Source of the DNA: Amphiscolops sp. MND2022
Lineage: Eukaryota
Reading direction: 5' to 3'
DNA length: 64,000 nucleotides
Assembly: GCA_964187785.1 (NCBI GenBank)
Contig: OZ076409.1
Location: 96,908,001-96,972,000, forward strand
Shown one piece after another: positions 62,401 to 64,000 of the stretch. Numbering within the stretch: the stretch's first letter is position 1; each line of letters opens with the position of its first letter. A model generated the notes under the pieces. The model searched no databases and was not told the DNA's origin. It saw only the letters and a program-made list of their open reading frames with translations. The position numbers and the translations under genes were made by a program.

Positions 62401-64000
62401 GAGGTAATCATCCATATAAACGTTGTTGTGAATGCTTCGTGCTGCGCCTGGGAAAATGGCTTCGTTATCTGTGGCAGTTCGTTGTGTTCAGAGCGTAGTT
62501 AGCGCATGTGGACGAATCTTTGGAGCCGAAATTATGCCTAACATACTCGAAAACAGCAACTTCGGCTGCTGGGTGCTCCCGCCACGAAAAACGAAGTGAT
62601 GGTCTGTCACATGGGATAACTCCCATTTGTAGAAACATTCCTTCGATGTCCGCAGATACAGCATAAGGAAACTGACGGAAGAGAAAGAGAATGTGAATAA
62701 GGCTCTGCAGCAAATCCGGTCCTGTTAGGAGGGCATTGTTCAAAGACTGACCATTACACTTGGCTGCTCCATAAAGAACTCTACGGACTTTACCTGGCTT
62801 GTGGGGATGCACGACGGGATGGTGCGGCACATACCGTTCCCGAGGCTGGTCTACTTTAAAGCAGTTAATTTTTTCCACTTGTACAATGTAGCCTTTCGAA
62901 AAGTCGTCGCTAATTGTTTTCGCGCAACTGGCTTTCAAGTCGGCATCCTTCTGAAGACGGCCTTCAAGCGATTTCAGTTGTACGAGGGCAGAAAAGTAGT
63001 TGTTTGGTAAACAAATTTCGTCATCGGCCCACAACATACCCACTTGGCATCGGGATCCATCGTGGTATGTTGTTTCATCAAGTATCTTCGTCGCCCTCAC
63101 GTCGGTTGCGGAACGGGAATCTACTTGATTGTACGCCCCGTACGATTCTATGTCGTACCAGCTTCGAAGTTGGTCGGAGAGTGTACAATCTTGCTCTTTC
63201 TGGGAAACAGCTTTGACGCATGTCGAAAACAGACCCGTGGTTGACGGAAGAGGTCCACTCAGTACCCAGCCCAACGGTAAACGGACGGCAACTGGGGTAT
63301 TTCGGCGGTCGGACTCGAAATACTCCAGTGGGCGGATCGAGTGGAAGACGTCCTGACCAAGAATCATTTTCACATCTGCGTAACTGTACTTGCTAAGAGC
63401 GATCGGCTCTAAGTGTGGGTAGCGAGTCCTTAAATCGTCTACGTCAATTACATCGTTTCCAATATTCAGTTGATCTCGCACATAAGGTTTGACAGTAAAG
63501 GAGGAGCAAGAGCCACACGAATGAACAGGTGTCAACTTGCGCTCGACCGTTTGAGTGTCCACAACTTTGTTGGAGTTAATTCCATGTACAGTCAATTTGG
63601 TTGGCGTGCCACGCACGTCAAGTTTGCTAGCTAGTTCAGAGGGAATCCAAGAATGACTACACGCTGAGTCGCATAAAACCAAAACTCTCTCTGATTTCTG
63701 TGAAGTTTGCAATTCCACTTTCGCTATTTGTAACAATCCCTTCACATCAGAAACGGAAAGCAGGCATGAGGTGACTTCGTTTTTCATCAGGTTGCCTGTC
63801 GCTGCGCTGCAACTAGTTGTTTCCCCATTGCTATCTTTCCCAGATTCAGGCTTTCTCGGGAATATACTCTCTGCACCGTGTAGAAAAGTGTTGTGCGTAC
63901 TTCCTTACCATCTCTTGTTCAGTTCCGGGGCTGTGGGCAGTTGCGGAACGAGTTTTGTCCAATAAAGCAAGAAAAGCAAAGTTTATTCTCGGCAACAATC
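59380..64000 (-). mobile_element. BEL/Pao LTR retrotransposon, decayed, extends beyond window
   Basis: gag knuckle CFSC at the right edge; protease LCDSACSHSWI; RT LLTGPDLL..SADIEGMFLQ..YMDD (~62405-62418); FVANRV..W.YVPS..NPADAGTRG; integrase DYFGP..KRWGFLFTC..SDNGTNF; ends RPVVKLAP (stop 59566-59568); PPT-like GGGCCCGGAGGA then TGTTGG at 59427. Confidence 0.93.
60844..61386 (+). mobile_element. HINE-like element inserted in BEL pol
   Basis: ttttttagtcggcgc ... ggcgccgacttgggccgttcccggcttgtt, sitting in a T-run of the BEL coding sequence. Confidence 0.85.

Overview
AT-rich, repeat-saturated eukaryotic (most likely invertebrate animal) DNA. I can see no complete host gene, only one or two candidate exons. 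Main contents: (1) two young, full-length but frameshifted Ty3/Gypsy (Mag-like) LTR retrotransposons on the minus strand (32465-38456 and 46315-52455), each with near-identical short LTRs, a 5-bp TSD, a tRNA-Ser-type PBS and a PPT. Both have an atypical WLDD RT active site, a long conserved insert between RNase H and integrase, and an extended integrase tail. (2) A decayed BEL/Pao element running off the right edge. (3) About 16 copies of a 0.4-0.7 kb non-autonomous family with Helentron/DINE-1 (HINE)-like ends; several carry tRNA-derived modules and one is nested in a 141-bp tandem array that preserves empty sites. (4) Four foldback/MITE elements with four unrelated terminal arms around the same conserved core, which is rich in GCGAAGC. 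(5) Assorted MITEs, a solo LTR, and remnants of Tc1, hAT, LINE and Gypsy elements. All calls are by eye; no database searches were run.
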